Below, piece by piece: positions 36,946-50,220 of a stretch of 64,000 nucleotides of DNA. Source of the stretch: Isurus oxyrinchus (lineage: Eukaryota); NCBI GenBank assembly GCA_026770705.1, contig JANJGN010000052.1, positions 1,984,001-2,048,000 of the forward strand. The letters run 5' to 3'. Below the pieces are notes generated by a model that did no database searches, was not told the DNA's origin, and saw only the letters and a list, made by a program, of their open reading frames with translations. A program made the position numbers and the translations under genes. Position 1 is the first letter of the stretch; every line of letters begins with the position of its first letter.

Positions 36946-37245
36946 CTGTAAACTTGTTGTGATACTGTAACTGCCTCTTTGGTTTCATTCAGCTGAATCT
37001 TCAGCTCTTCAGTCTCTTCCTTGTATCTCTTGCCTTCCTCCTGGAACATTGGACATGGTTGGGTCTTCCCTGCCAACTGTTTCTTCAGTTTGCTCAGAGC
37101 GGCACAGAATTCGCTTTCTTTCTCTTCAGGATTTTCCAGTGGAACCAACTCTGACCTGAGGGACACTTGCAGCCGGTGAGGATGCTTCAATTCTTCAAAC
37201 TCATTCCGAGATACACTCTCATATTCCCCCAGCAACTCAGCAACT
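36945..37245 (-). pseudogene. Coiled-coil host-gene fragment, UACA/RAI14/ANKRD24-like
   Basis: AELLGEY...VPLENPEEKESEFCAALSKLKKQLAGKTQ...EEGKRYKEETEELK resembles the UACA-family coiled coil (recognised from memory, not searched). Confidence 0.5.
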
Positions 37246-37249
37246 CCTC

Positions 37250-38310
37250 CAGTGAAACATTTCAGAGCAGCTGAGCTTGGTTTTCTGGAACCAGTCTCGG
37301 CCCAGAAGACTAGGGCCCTCACCTGTCGCTATGATCACTGGAAGCTGGGCTGTCTGCTGCCTGTAGGACACAGGTACTGGGATGAGGTCCTTTCCCTGTA
37401 TGGATTCTCCAGTGTGTGTCTTCAGCTGATCCATTGTTGGCTCTAAATTCAGCGTCTGGGTTCCTTCATTTAGCTGTTTAAATGTGGGCTCTTCCACCAC
37501 TGTGTCTGAGGCTCCCGTATCTGCCCCATTACTAGTGGCTGCCCATTCACTTGGGTTGTGATGGTTATAGGTTCAGTTTTTACCACTGTGACATTGGACA
37601 GGGAATAGACATCGGTATCAGCAGCTTCAGGCTCTGTGATATTATTCACTTCCATCATGTTGGTGCACTGCCTGATGGGCTGTCTCGATTTCACCCTGCA
37701 TTGCTTTATTACCCGCCCCTTTCTTGTGGCAGTGATGGCATTCTGCCCCCTTGAACCTGCAGGTGTCCAGTACGTGCTCAATGCCCCCCACATCGAGAAC
37801 AGGCCAACTTCGGAGTTGCTGCTGAAATACTCCCACGAAGCCTTTTAGTTTCTGGAGCGGCAGAGACTGTCTCTCGCTTGGCGGCTGTCTCTCTCTCTCT
37901 CTCTCTCTCCAGTTTGAGCCTCACGCCCGGTGGTTGGTTCCTGTCCCAGCTGAGGACTGGTGCCATGTTGTACATCCTGTAAATCCCGCCAGTCTCTCCC
38001 AGCACTTTCCATGCCTGGCGCTATTTCCATGGTGCGCTTCAAATCGATGTCGGCTTCTGCGAGTAAACGGCTCTGAATGGCGTTGGGGTGAACGACACAA
38101 ACCAATCGGCCCCGCAACATGTCATTGAGTGTGTCTCCGAGGTCCCAGTGCTCAGTCACCTGCTTCCACTTCACTGTATAGGTTGCGATGGACTCTCCCG
38201 GGGCCCTTACTCTGGAGTTAAACTTAAACCTTTTCATTATTACCCACGGCTTCAGCTGAAAATACATCTTCATGAGGTCGACTAATTGGTGAAAAGATTT
38301 AGAATTGGGT
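37250..38310 (-). mobile_element. Gypsy gag-protease fragment
   Basis: RFKFNSRVRAPGESIATY...NDMLRGRLV, CSRCGG/CHHCHKKG knuckles, EGPSLLGRDW. Confidence 0.85.
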
Positions 38311-38600
38311 GTAATACACGTCACTGTCTTCAGCTCTGAGACTGTCAATCCTCACCAAACAATTCTTCCCTTCCAAGTCGGCGATTATTTTAGCACGTCC
38401 CACGAATGTGGCCACCCCATAATTGGGATCTTTGGTGTATGTGATGGTATATTTCCATCTATACCAATATTTATACCAAGCTCCGTGCAGTGCTGTGTAA
38501 GAGTGGGAAGGCAAGTCAAAGCTACACGGAATAACCACACAAGAGCTGCTGATAGCCCTCCGAGGTAGCGCCTTCATAGACCATCCCTCTGACGTCACTC
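38311..38600 (-). pseudogene. Gene C MAG/sialoadhesin-like V-set exon, truncated in the F strand by fusion to Gypsy gag
   Basis: Acceptor tgcctttcag, SSCVVIPCSF...W...KNCL...EDSDVYY, then gag sequence (TPNSKSF) and a stop; essential Arg and donor are lost. Confidence 0.85.
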
Positions 38601-38634
38601 CTGAAAGGCAACAAGGGAGGGGACTGAACATCAA

Positions 38635-39105
38635 AAAGCAGAATATTACTTCAATGGAGAGAGTCTACAGAATGCGGTACAGAGGGATCTGGGTGTCCTT
38701 GTACATGAATCACAGAAAGTCAGCATTCAGGAACACCACGGAATGAGGAAGGCAAGTGGAATGTTGGCCTTTATTGCAAAGGGATGGAGTATAAAAGGAG
38801 GGAAGTCTTGCTACAACTGTACAGGGCGTTGGTGAGATTGTATCAGGAGCAGTGTGTACAGTTCTGGTCTCCTTACTTAGGGAGGGATAGACTCTGCATT
38901 GGAGGCAGCTCAGAGGAGGATCACTGGGCTGATTCCTGGGATGAAGGGGGTTTGTCTTATGAGGAAATGTTGAGCAGGTTGGGCCCTGTATCCATTGGAG
39001 TTTAGAAGAATGAGAGGTGATCTTATTGAAACACATAAGATTCTGAGGTGGTGGGGGGTTTGACAGGGTGGATGCTGAGGGGATGTTACCCCTTGTGGGG
39101 GAATC
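38635..39105 (+). mobile_element. CR1 fragment in gene C intron
   Basis: EYKRREVLLQLYRALVR...VQFWSPYL. Confidence 0.85.
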
Positions 39106-39420
39106 CTGTGAAGCAATAAGGATGTTTTACTGCATTAAAGGTGCTATATAAATGCACTGTCATTCCTATTGAAACAAGCTCTCTGATGCACAAACAGAAA
39201 ATGCTGGAAAAACTCAGCAGGTCTGACAGCATCTGTGGAGAGAGAAACAGAGTTGGTGTTTCGAGTCCGTATGAGGCTTTTTCTTTTGCTATATTCTCTG
39301 ACTCGCTATTCACTCACTCTCTGTGTGATCACTAACCCTGTTCTCTAAAATTAAATGTTCACTTCCTCACTCCAGGAAAGAATCCAATTCCCTGAGTTCC
39401 GATCAGTAATGAATTTGTAC

Positions 39421-39466
39421 CTTGCAGCAAGCTGATGAAGATCAATATCAGACCGACCTCTCCCAT
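39421..39466 (-). CDS. Gene C leader exon (MGEVGLILIFISLLQ, phase 1)
   Basis: Acceptor catttccatttag (exon starts 39480), donor CAAG|gtacaa; same ...SLLQ ending as the gene A leader; in frame with the V exon at 38600. Confidence 0.8.
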
Positions 39467-39732
39467 CTTCAGTTCCTCATCTAAATGGAAATGATAAAGA
39501 CAGAGACTTTTTCAGAAATTGTCCCCAGTGTTTCTTCCTCAAACAACAACTTGAGTTTAAATGGCACCTTTCAGGGAATTAAACAGCCCCAGGGAATTAT
39601 CTAATGTCAAGACAAGGAAGGAGAGATTGAGAAGGGACATCGCAAACCGATTCACCAAACACAGCAAAAATTCATTGTTCCCTCACTCCCTCTGCTCGGT
39701 GTCCAGCTTTTTCTCTTAGTGAGTTAAGCCCT

Positions 39733-42330
39733 CACAATCTCTATCACACTCTTCTGCTCTATCTCTCTCTCTCACACACACACATTCTCTCTCTAACACT
39801 CACAATCTCTCTCTATCACACTCTTCTGCTCTATCTCTCTCTCTCACACACAGACACGTTCTCTCTCTAACACTCACAATCTCTCTCTATCACACTCTTC
39901 TGCTCTATCTCTCTCTCTCTCTCTCACACACACATTCTCGCTCTTATACTCACAAAATTTTTCTCTATCACACTCTTCTGCTCTATCTCTCTCTCTCTCT
40001 CACACACACATTCTCTCTCTAACACTCACAATCTCTCTCTATCACACTCTTCTGCTCTATCTCTCTCACACACACACACAATCTCTCTCTAACACTCACA
40101 ATCTCTCTCTCTATCACACTCTTCTGCTCTATCTCTCTCACACACACACACATTCTCTCTCTAACACTCACAATCTCTCTCTCTATCACACTCTTCTGCT
40201 CTATCTCTCTCTCACACACACACATTCTCTCTCTAACACTCACAATCTCTCTCTATCGCACTCTTCTGCTCTATCTCTCTCTCTATCACACACACACCTT
40301 CTCTCTCTAACACTCACAATCTCTCTCTATCACACTCTTCTGCTCTATCTCTCTCTCTCACACACACACACATTCTCTCTCTAACACTCACAATCTCTCT
40401 CTATCACACTCTTCTGCTCTATCTCTCTCTCTCACACACAGACACGTTCTCTCTCTAACACTCACAATCTCTCTCTATCACACTCTTCTGCTCTATCTCT
40501 CTCTCTCTCTCACACACACATTCTCGCTCTTATACTCACAAAATTTTTCTCTATCACACTCTTCTGCTCTATCTCTCTCTCTCTCTCACACACACATTCT
40601 CTCTCTAACACTCACAATCTCTCTCTATCACACTCTTCTGCTCTATCTCTCTCTCTCTCTCTCACACACACATTCTCTCTCTAACAATCACAATCTCTCT
40701 CTATCACACTCTTCTGCTCTATCTCTCTCACACACACACACATTCTCTCTCTAACACTCACAATCTCTCTCTCTATCACACTCTTCTGCTCTATCTCTCT
40801 CACACACACACACATTCTCTCTCTAACACTCACAATCTCTCTCTCTATCACACTCTTCTGCTCTATCTCTCTCTCACACACACACATTCTCTCTCTAACA
40901 CTCACAATCTCTCTCTATCGCACTCTTCTGCTCTATCTCTCTCACACACACACACACATTCTCTCTCTCACACTCACAATCTCTCTCTCTATCACACTCT
41001 TCTGCTCTATCTCTCTCTCACACACACACACATTCTCTCTCTAACACTCACAATCTCTCTCTATCGCACTCTTCTGCTCTATCTCTCTCTCTCACACACA
41101 CACACATTCTCTCTCTAACACTCACAATCTCTCTCTATCACACTCTTCTGCTCTATCTCTCTCTCTCACACACACACACATTCTCTCTCTAACACTCACA
41201 ATCTCTCTCTATCACACTCTTCTGCTCTATCTCTCTCTCTCTCTCACACACACATTCTCTCTCTAACACTCACAATCTCTCTCTATCACACTCTTCTGCT
41301 CTATCTCTCTCTCTATCACACACACACCTTCTCTCTCTAACACTCACAATCTCTCTCTATCACACTCTTCTGCTCTATCTCTCTCTCTCACACACACACA
41401 CATTCTCTCTCTAACACTCACAATCTCTCTCTATCACACTCTTCTGCTCTATCTCTCTCTCTCACACACACACACATTCTCTCTCTAACACTCACAATCT
41501 CTCTCTATCACACTCTTCTGCTCTATCTCTCTCTCTCACACACACACATTCTCTCTCTAACACTCACAATCTCTATCTCACTCTTCTGCTCTATCTCTCT
41601 CTCTCTCACACACACACATTCTCTCTCTAACACTCACAATCTCTCTCTATCACACTCTTCTGCTCTATCTCTCTCTCACACACACACATTCTCTCTCTAA
41701 CACTCACAATCTCTCTCTATCACACTCTTCTGCTCTATCTCTCTCTCTCACACACACATTCTCTCTCTAACACTCACAATCTCTATCGCACTCTTCTGCT
41801 CTATTTCTCTCTCTCACACACACATTCTCTCTCACACACTCACAATCTCTCTCTATCGCACTCTTCTGCTCTCTCTCTCTCTCTCTCACACACACACATT
41901 CTCTCTCTAACACTCACAATCTCTCTCTATCACACTCTTCTGCTCTATCTCTCTCTCTCACACACACACATTCTCTCTCTAACACTCACAATCTCTCTCT
42001 ATCGCACTCTTCTGCTCTATCTCTCTCTCTCTCACACACATTCTCTCTCTAACACTCACAATCTCTCTCTATCACACTCTTCTGCTCTATCTCTCTCTCA
42101 CACACACACATTCTCTCTCTAACACTCACAATCTCTCTCTATCACACTCTTCTGCTCTATCTCTCTCTCTCACACACACACACATTCTCTCTCTAACACT
42201 CACAATCTCTCTCTATCACACTCTTCTGCTCTATCTCTCTCTCTCACACACACACACATTCTCTCTCTAACACTCACAATCTCTCTCTATCACACTCTTC
42301 TGCTCTATCTCTCTCTCACACACATACATT
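39733..42330. repeat. About 80-bp CT/CA compound satellite (more than 30 copies); inverted copy at about 61460-62297
   Basis: Unit aacactcacaatctctctctatcacactcttctgctctat(ct)n(ca)nttctctctct; internal higher-order repeat of about 590 bp. Confidence 0.92.
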
Positions 42331-45300
42331 CTCTCTCTCTCTCAGACACTCTCATTCTCTCTCTCTCAAACATTTACCATCTCTCTCTATCTTTCTCTTC
42401 TGCTGTCTCCCTCTTTCTCACTCTCATGCACTCTCTCCCTCACACACACAGAATCTCCCTCACACACACACCCTCCCTCACACACACACGCACTCTCTCT
42501 GATACGCACAATCTCTCCCTCACACACACACACACTCTCTCTGATACGCACAATCTCTCTCACACACACACACTCTGTCCCTCACACACACATCCTCCCT
42601 CACACACACACACACTCTCTCTGATACGCACAATCTCTCCCTCACACACACATACTCTCCCTCACACACACACACTCTCTCCCTCACACACACACACACT
42701 CTCTCTGATACGCACAATCTCTCCCTCACACACACACAATCTCTCCCNNNNNNNNNNNNNNNNNNNNNNNNNNNNNNNNNNNNNNNNNNNNNNNNNNNNN
42801 NNNNNNNNNNNNNNNNNNNNNNNNNNNNNNNNNNNNNNNNNNNNNNNNNNNNNNNNNNNNNNNNNNNNNNNNNNNNNNNNNNNNNNNNNNNNNNNNNNNN
42901 NNNNNNNNNNNNNNNNNACACTCTCTCCCTCACACACACAGAATCTCTCTCACACACACACACTCTCCCTCACACACACATCCTCCCTCACACACACGCA
43001 CACTCTCTCTGATATGCACAATCTCTCCCTCACACACACACACACTCTCCCTCACACATGTACACACTCTTTCTAATTCTTTTTCTCTCTCACAGACTCT
43101 CTCTGTCTCTCTCGCTCTCTCTCTCTCTCAGACACACTCTCTCTAATACGGAAGGTTGTGGTTTTAAGACGTGCTCATGATTTCTGCTCAAAACCCAGGC
43201 AGATTCTCCCCAGTGAGGGAGTACTGAGGGTGTGCTGCACTGTCAGAGGGTCAGTACTGAGGGAGTGCTGCACTGTCAGAGGGTCAGTACTGAGGTAGTG
43301 CTGCGCTGTCAGAGGGTCAGTAGTGAGGGAGTGCTGCACTGTCAGAGGGTCAGTACTGAGGGAGTGCTGCACTGTCAGAGGGTCAGTACTGAGGGAGTGC
43401 TGCACTGTCAGAGGGTCAGTACTGAGGGAGTGCTGCACTGTCAGAGGGTCAGTACTGAGGGAGTGCTGCACTGTCAGAGGGTCACTAGTGAGGGAGTGCT
43501 GCACTGTCAGAGGGTCAGTACTGAGGGAGTGCTGCACTGTCAGAGGGTCAGTACTGAGGGAGTGCTGCACTGTCAGAGGGTCAGTACTGAGGGAGTGCTG
43601 CACTATCAGAGGGTCAGTACTGAGGGAGTGCTGCACTGTCAGAACTGTCGTAATTCAGATGATGTTTGAAATTAGCAACATGCCTCGTGTAACATTCTAT
43701 ATCATCAGCTCAATATAAATAGATTAGTCTTGTACGTTTCACTTCACTGCAAATTGTTCATGGTTTCATTTCCTTGTTAACCAGGCTCATGTGATGACTA
43801 TTTTTAAATAATGTTTGTTATTTGGAACAAGGGGCCATGCCTGAACAGATAACTGTCGGATCAAGCAGCTGGGTTTTTTCTTGAACCTGGCTTCATTCAG
43901 ATGTTTGCTGCTGGACATGAGATCATTAATGTGTGAATGTAGAATCGGAGTCACCTCAGTGAACAGCAGCATTGGTTGAACAGCCTGATCTGCAATAAGA
44001 ACTGCTGAACACAATGTCCGTTCAGAACAGCTCGGTCCCCGATCAGAGAAACAGCCTCAGACAGAACCAACTGACGCTGGAATCCATACAATTCATCAAC
44101 GTGTTGGGAGTTAGTTTGATGTCGGAGATGGAGTGTTACTGGGAAGGAGGGAACCCGTCAGGATGAACAGCTCGATGTACGACAAGGAAAGGATGAGCTA
44201 AGAGGGGTTGGTCACGGACAGACGGAGCATGTGAAGACTCAACAAGCTAATGGCAGGTGAAGAGCTGGAAAGGTGTCTTTTCAACACAAGGTTTAGACAC
44301 AGAACTCGATGTTTGATCAGGTATTTCAAACCAGAGAAACTCTTTACAGGGTGAATGGACCTTGTCAATAATCCATCTAGCCAACCTCGCCTAGAGATTA
44401 GTCCAATATTAGACACTAAACCGAGTCCCCCGTCTGCCCTCTCGGGCGGATGTGAAAGATCCCACAACCACTATTTGGAGGAAGAGCAGGGGGGAGATCT
44501 CACACGCAGACACACACACACACACACACACACATTTTCTCTTGTTCATTCTTTTAAACACACACACTCCCTCTCAAATACACACACCCTCTCTCGCACA
44601 CTCCTTCTCTCAAACACATACACCCTCTCTCTCAAACACACACACACACACGCTCTCACGCACACGCTCTCTTACATACACGCTCTCTCTTTCACACACA
44701 CACTATCTAACACCCACAGATTCTCTCTCTTTCTTTCTCTCTCACACATAAGCTCTCTCCCTAACACAGACATTCCCTTTCTCTCACACACACTCTCTCT
44801 CTCACACAATTCAGCTACCTCACTCTCTCATGCGTACACACTCTACCTCTCTTTTGCTCTCTCACACATTTTCTCTTTCTCTCTATCCTTCTCTCTCGCA
44901 CACATACGCACTGTCACTCTCTCACACACACATTGTCTCTCTTTCTCACACACACACTCACTCTCTCTCTCTCTCTCTCCAAGACAGCAGGTTGGGGTTT
45001 TCAAACCGTCTCAAGGTTTCAGCTCAAAACCCAGATGGACTCTCCCCAGTGAGGGAGTGCTGAGGGAGTGCTGCACTGTTGGAGGGTCAATATTGAGGGA
45101 GTGCTGCACTGTCAGAGGGTCAGTACTGAGGGAGTGCTGCACTGTCAGGAGGTCAGTACTGAGGGAAACCCTGCTCTATCAAAGGGTCAGTACTGAGGCA
45201 GTGCTGAACTGTCAGAGGGTCAGTACTTAGGGAGTGCTGCACTGTCAGAGGGTCAGTACTGAGGGAGTGCTGCACTGTTGGAGGGTTAGCACTGAGGGAG

Positions 45301-45620
45301 TGCTGCACTTCCAGAGGGTCAATACTGAAGGAGTGCTGCACTCTCAAAGCGTCAATGCTGAGGGAGTGCTGCACTGTCAGAGGGTGGACACTGAGGGAAT
45401 GCTGCTCTGTCAGACCTGCCATATTTCAGATGATGTTTGAAATTAGCAACATGCCTCATGTACAATTATATATCATCAACTCAAATTAAATAGATTATTC
45501 CTGTACATTTCACTTTACTGTAAATTGTTTGCAGTTTCATCTCCTTAGAAGCCAGGTTTGTGTGATCACTATTTTTAAATAACGTTAATAATAAAGATGC
45601 GACAATCCACATGCACACAT

Positions 45621-45664
<44 letters not shown>

Positions 45665-46367
45665 ATGTGTAGGCACATACATGCACATTTACACACAGTC
45701 ATACACATGCAAAAACCTACACAGAAACATACACACACTCAACTCACACACACACACTCACACGTGCACACACATACACATACACATGTACACACATTCA
45801 CTTATGCACAGAAATATACACAAAGACACACGCACATTTGCGCAAACACATACACACATGCACACACAGACACATGCATGCATACTCACACAAACATACT
45901 CACATATGTAGAAACACAAACACATACACATAAACACGCGTGAGGTCCCTCTTCTCTCTCAGGGCTGCACTGGAGTCTCGGTGTCAGCTCCCATTCTGTG
46001 TTGAAGGAAGGTAAACTCCAGATCAGCAAGACCCTGAATTGGATGAGCAACCTCCTGAACAGAGAATTGTAGATTTACCCCTCAGTGCTCCATCAATCAA
46101 ATACAATTCATTCCCGTAAATCCCTTGGCAAAATCCTGAGGATGTGAAAGTTTCTTTCATTCTAGGTGAACAGCACCTCTACTGGTGGGAGAATGTAACT
46201 CCAGTTTGACTGTTTACATAGGCAGTGCCCATTATAAATTTGACAGTGGAAGTTATATGGAGGGAAGGTATCTGGAAATGTATACAGACATCAGATACAG
46301 AGAGATGATGCATGGAGTCTTGCTGTGCACGCTGCTTGCTCACATTAAACACTTGATTTGTTTTTAG

Positions 46368-46649
46368 ATGCTCCACAGAATCTCACATTTACTTCTCTTG
46401 AAATGATTAATGCTTCATCGATCAATATAATTGAGGGGAATTCTGCAGTGATAATCTGCTCTGTCGAGAGCTTCCCAGCTTCTAACCTGACGTGGCGACA
46501 TCTTAATGTCCCAATGAACAGAACAAGTTGCAACAATGAGCTGTGGTTGGTGATTCCTCACGTTACATCCAGGGACACTGGAGACTATCAGTGTGTGGCA
46601 GAGAATGAACATGGAGCAGTGGAGGGATTCATAACCATTACTGTGGAAT
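46368..46649 (+). CDS. Module B C2-set exon a
   Basis: 282 nt phase 1-1: APQNLTF...IICSVESFPASNLTW...DTGDYQCVAENEHG...ITVE. Confidence 0.88.
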
Positions 46650-47411
46650 GTGAGTGTACACAGACTTCAACATCTCTCACACACACACTCACATATGCAA
46701 AAACACTCATGTGTAGACACAAACATGCACGCTTACACACAAACATACGTTCAAACACATACACAGAAACACACACAAACTCAACTCACACATANNNNNN
46801 NNNNNNNNNNNNNNNNNNNNNNNNNNNNNNNNNNNNNNNNNNNNNNNNNNNNNNNNNNNNNNNNNNNNNNNNNNNNNNNNNNNNNNNNNNNNNNNNNNNN
46901 NNNNNNNNNNNNNNNNNNNNNNNNNACAGACACGCGCATACACACAAATACAAACTCACGTGCAGAAGTACACACACAAGTGTGAGCTCCCTCTCCTCTC
47001 TCAGTTCTGCACTGGAGTCATGGTATCAGCTCCCATTCTGTGCTGAAGGAAGGTAAACTCCAGATCAGCAAGACCCTGAATTGGATGAGCAACCTCCTGA
47101 ACAGAGAAATGTAGATTTAGCCCTCAGTGCTCCATCGATCAAATACAATTCATTGCCTATCAAGCCCTTGGGGACATCTTGAGAGTGTTAAAGGATGTTT
47201 CTTTCATTCTAGAGGGTTAGCAACTCTACTGGTGGGAGGAAGCAACTGCAGTGTGACAGTTTACATAGGAAGTGTCCATTATAAATATGACAGTAATTTT
47301 TCATGAGGGAAGGTACCTGGAAAAGCATTCCAACATCAGATACAGAGACATGATGCATGGAGTCTTGCTGTGCACTATGCTTGCTCACATTAAAATCTTT
47401 ATTTCTTTTAG

Positions 47412-47692
47412 ACGCACCCAGAATCTCTCAATTAATTCTCTTGATATGATTAACGCTTCATCGATCAATATAATTGAGGGGAATTCTGCAGTGATAATCT
47501 GCTCTGTCGAGAGCTTCCCAGCTTCTAACCTGACGTGGCGACATCTTAATGTCCCAATGAACAGAACAAGTTCCAACAATGAGCTGTGTTTGGTGATTCC
47601 TCACGTTACATCCAGGGACACTGGAGACTATCAGTGTGTGGCAGAGAATGAACATGGAGCAGTGGAGGGGTTCATAACCATCACTGTGGAAC
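47412..47692 (+). pseudogene. Module B C2-set exon b, frameshifted
   Basis: 281 nt; 1-nt deletion near the start (acgcacc-cagaat vs atgctccacagaat). Confidence 0.8.
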
Positions 47693-47718
47693 GTGAGTTA
47701 CTGCAAACTCCAACATCA

Positions 47719-47768
<50 letters not shown>

Positions 47769-48485
47769 CACACAGACACACACACACACAGACAGAAACC
47801 TGTAGGCACACACATGCATAATTATCCACACACAGTCATACACATACAAGCACATACACAGGAAAATACACACCCATCTCAAACACACACACACATTCAT
47901 GCCCACACATAGACACACACATACACATACTCTCACTCATGGACAGACCTAGACACACAGACACATGCGCATGCGCACACACAGACACATGTGTGCATAC
48001 ACACACAAACACACTCACATGTGCAGAAACACAAACACACAGATACACACACGTGAGTTCCCTCTCCTCTCTCAGTGCCGCACTGGAGTCTTGGTATCAG
48101 CTCCGATTCTGTGTTGAAGGAAGGTAAACTCCAGATCAACAAGACCCTGAATTGGATGAGCAACCTCCTGAACAGAGAATTGTAGATTTACCCCTCAGTG
48201 CTCCATCAATCAAATACAATTCATTGCCTGTCCAGCCCTTTGCGAAATCCTGAGGATGTGAAAGCAAGCATCTTTCATTCTAGATGGACAACACCTCTAC
48301 TGGTGGGAGAATGCAACTGCAGTGTGACAGTTTACATAGGCAGTGTCCATTAAAAATGTGGCATAAGACGTTATCCTGAGGGAAGTTACCTGGAAATGCA
48401 TTCAGACATCAGATACAGAGAGATGATGCATGGAGTCTTGCTGTGCAATAGGTTTGCTCACATTAAACACTTGATTTGTTTTTAG

Positions 48486-48767
48486 ATGCACCACAGGATC
48501 TCTCATTTACTTCGCTTAATATGATTTACGCTTCATCAATCAATATAATTGAGGGGAATTCTGCAGTGATAATCTGCTCTGTCGAGAGCTTCCCAGCTTC
48601 TAACCTGATGTGGCGACATCTTAATGTCCCAATGAACAGAACAAGTTCCAACAATGAGCTGTGGTTGGTGATTCCTCACGTTACATCCAGGGACACTGGA
48701 GACTATCAGTGTGTGGCAGAGAATGAACATGGAGCAGTGGAGGCGTTCATAACCATCACTGTGGAAC
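48486..48767 (+). CDS. Module B C2-set exon c
   Basis: 282 nt phase 1-1, near-identical to exon a. Confidence 0.88.
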
Positions 48768-49577
48768 GTGAGTGTGGAGATACATTTGTTTGTTTGTTGT
48801 CTCCGTGGTCTCCGTGGAGCCATTGGGATCGTGTTGTTTTTAATCCAGTTTTCTTCAATCCTCGCTCAGTCCACGTTATCCACACACCCAATTTTTCCTC
48901 TCCCTTTCTGTTTTTGCTCTCAGTTTCTCCTTCAATGGTTGTGAGGACAAGGCTGTCAGGTCTTCGTTTCCAATCTCCGTACTTGAAGACCTTTCTCTCT
49001 CTAACTGTCCTGAACAACCCTTTTAATTGCTGAACATCTCATTCTTTAATTGATAAATATTATATATAAATGTTACATGTTGAAATGCAACTATTGTATT
49101 CATAAATTGCTTAGAAATTACTAAACATTCAACAGCCAATGCAGCATTATCGAAGTGAGCTCACTGTTGTAATGTAGGAAACACAGGTACTGATTTGTGC
49201 ACAGCAAGATCCCGCAAACCACCGTGTGATAATGACCTGATAGTCGATTATTTCAGTGAGGTTGGTTGTTACATGTGTAGAGACTACATACCCTTGAGGG
49301 AGGGAAGCATGTCTCGATGTGGATGTGACTCCAGTCTCAGACACCAACATGGTTAACTCACACCTGCCCTCTGAACTGGTCTCCCAGTTTGGGACAAACC
49401 AGTGGTTCAGGAGGAAGACCGCCCACCACCTTCTCAAGGGGAAACTAGGGATGGACAATAAATGTCAGCATTGCCCGAGAATGAGTATTTAAACACTGAG
49501 TGAGTGTATCGCTTCTCGAGATACATCGGAGCATCATTGTAAATCTGTAGTGCAGTAATTAATGGCTGTTTTTACAG

Positions 49578-49674
49578 GTAGAGACTCCAGTAAATGGACA
49601 GTAGGATTGTTCACGGCTGGGATCATGTTGAGTGTTTTCCTGGCTGGAATTTTCATCTTCATCTGTGTGAGAAA
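49578..49674 (+). CDS. Module B TM exon (RRDSSKWTVGLFTAGIMLSVFLAGIFIFICVRK), uncharged TM
   Basis: Acceptor gtttttacag, donor AA|gtaagt, phase 1-2. Confidence 0.88.
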
Positions 49675-49710
49675 GTAAGTCTGAAGATTTAACTTGATTT
49701 TAATATAAAC

Positions 49711-50220
49711 ATTTGCTTCAATGTTCTTTCCTTAAGTCGGTGATTGTTTCCCTTGGGATCAGCACCAGGTCCCTCTCTGTAAGTGATCCCTGTGTCCACT
49801 ATGATCCGGAGAGAACCTTTCATTGTCCTGTATCCAGGTAAACAATCACGAGACCCAGAGATTCCTCACTCTGCACGATTACTCCGGGATAAATATTTGC
49901 TTCAATGTTCTTTCCTTAAGTCGGTGATTGTTTCCCTTGGGATCAGCACCAGGTCCCTCTCCGTAACTGGTCCCTGTGTCCACTGTGATCCAGAGAGAAC
50001 CTTTCATTGTCCTGTATCCAGTAAACAATCACGAGACCCAGAGATTCCTCACTCTGCACGATTACTCCTGGATAAATATTTGCTTCAATGTTCTTTCCTG
50101 AAGTCGGTGATTGTTTCCCTTGTGTTAAGCGCCAGATGCCTCTCCGTAACTGGTCTCTTTTGTCCCTTACGATCCAGACAGTGTTTTTCATTGCCCGTTA
50201 TCCAGATGAATAATAATCAG
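49711..50220 (+). repeat. 183-184-bp tandem repeat, about 2.7 copies, intronic
   Basis: atttgcttcaatg starts at 49711, 49895 and 50078. Confidence 0.9.

Larger units (their letters stand above)
34758..45660. repeat. Left arm of a large inverted segmental duplication
   Basis: 34758-36257 vs 64000-62766; 39733-42440 vs 62297-61240; 44008-44495 vs 60880-60385; about 44560-45660 vs 59400-58330; near-identical ORF translations on opposite strands (44198-44467 - and 60471-60689 +). Confidence 0.9.

Noticed and set aside
43215-43640. CRISPR-like regular 33-bp array and ORFs such as RECCTVRGSVL repeats
   Set aside because: Head-to-tail units with no unique spacers in eukaryotic DNA; the unit length is a multiple of 3, which explains the open frames; the family recurs nine times in the window.
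44355-45943. Long His/Thr/Ser-rich and Cys/Val-rich ORFs (also 42426-43076 and 58909-59861)
   Set aside because: Translations of CA/CT microsatellites and N gaps.
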